Assembly (NCBI GenBank): GCA_031458695.1
Contig: JAVKJW010000023.1
Coordinates: forward strand, 1 to 36,309
Length of the DNA: 36,309 bases
Direction: 5' to 3'
DNA from: Candidatus Thermofontivivens primus
GTDB lineage: Bacteria > Sysuimicrobiota > Sysuimicrobiia > Sysuimicrobiales > Thermofontiviventaceae
This document shows, piece by piece, positions 36,183 to 36,309 of the stretch; the first letter of the stretch is position 1; every line of letters starts with the position of its first letter. A program made the position numbers and the translations under genes. The notes under the pieces were generated by a model. It was not told the DNA's origin. It made no database searches and saw only the letters and a list, made by a program, of their open reading frames with translations.

Positions 36183-36309
36183 TTACTCAAGGATCTGGGT
36201 CACCACCCCGGCGCCCACGGTCCGGCCCCCCTCCCGGATGGCAAACCGCAGCCCCTCCTCTAGCGCCACCGGGGCGATCAGCTCCACCTCCAGGTTCACA
36301 TTGTCCCCA
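36183..36309 (-). CDS. tuf: Elongation factor Tu, C-terminal fragment
   Basis: Not in the ORF track. Manual translation gives [41 protein letters not shown]. Confidence 0.97.
   Translation of the reverse strand, partial: GDNVNLEVELIAPVALEEGLRFAIREGGRTVGAGVVTQILE

Noticed and set aside
1..36309. CRISPR array, prophage, integrase, transposase, rRNA or recoded (selenocysteine/frameshift) genes
   Set aside because: No regularly spaced repeats or hallmark proteins were seen, and the recognised genes have uninterrupted frames.

Overview
GC-rich bacterial chromosomal window, mostly on the minus strand. The right end holds the 3' end of tuf, rpmG and tRNA-Trp. The left end holds comM and the 5' end of dprA. 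About 34 kb of accessory genes lie between them: (1) a 2-oxoacid:ferredoxin oxidoreductase with a separate alpha subunit and a fused beta-gamma subunit; (2) a NEW3/Ig-repeat membrane protein with an ABC ATPase and permease; (3) a PucR regulator, GabT-type aminotransferase and Liv-type ABC importer; (4) nhaA lacking the conserved TM X lysine; (5) dinB coupled to a class III CoA-transferase/racemase and followed by an NTPase; (6) a HEPN-MNT toxin-antitoxin pair; (7) a 12.4 kb divergent catabolic locus; (8) an MFS transporter. The catabolic locus has GntR, serine/alanine-glyoxylate aminotransferase, TctCBA, an FAD/Fe-S 2-hydroxyacid oxidoreductase and a second GntR on one arm. The other arm has a class III CoA-transferase, a crotonase lacking both catalytic Glu, and two uncharacterised Cys-motif proteins. 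This locus is the best candidate for an undescribed system. Small palindromic REP-like elements and a possible eroded secE after tRNA-Trp were also seen. I saw no CRISPR array, integrase or transposase. All product calls come from motif recognition by eye with no database search, and many start codons were moved from the ORF track using RBS and overlap evidence.
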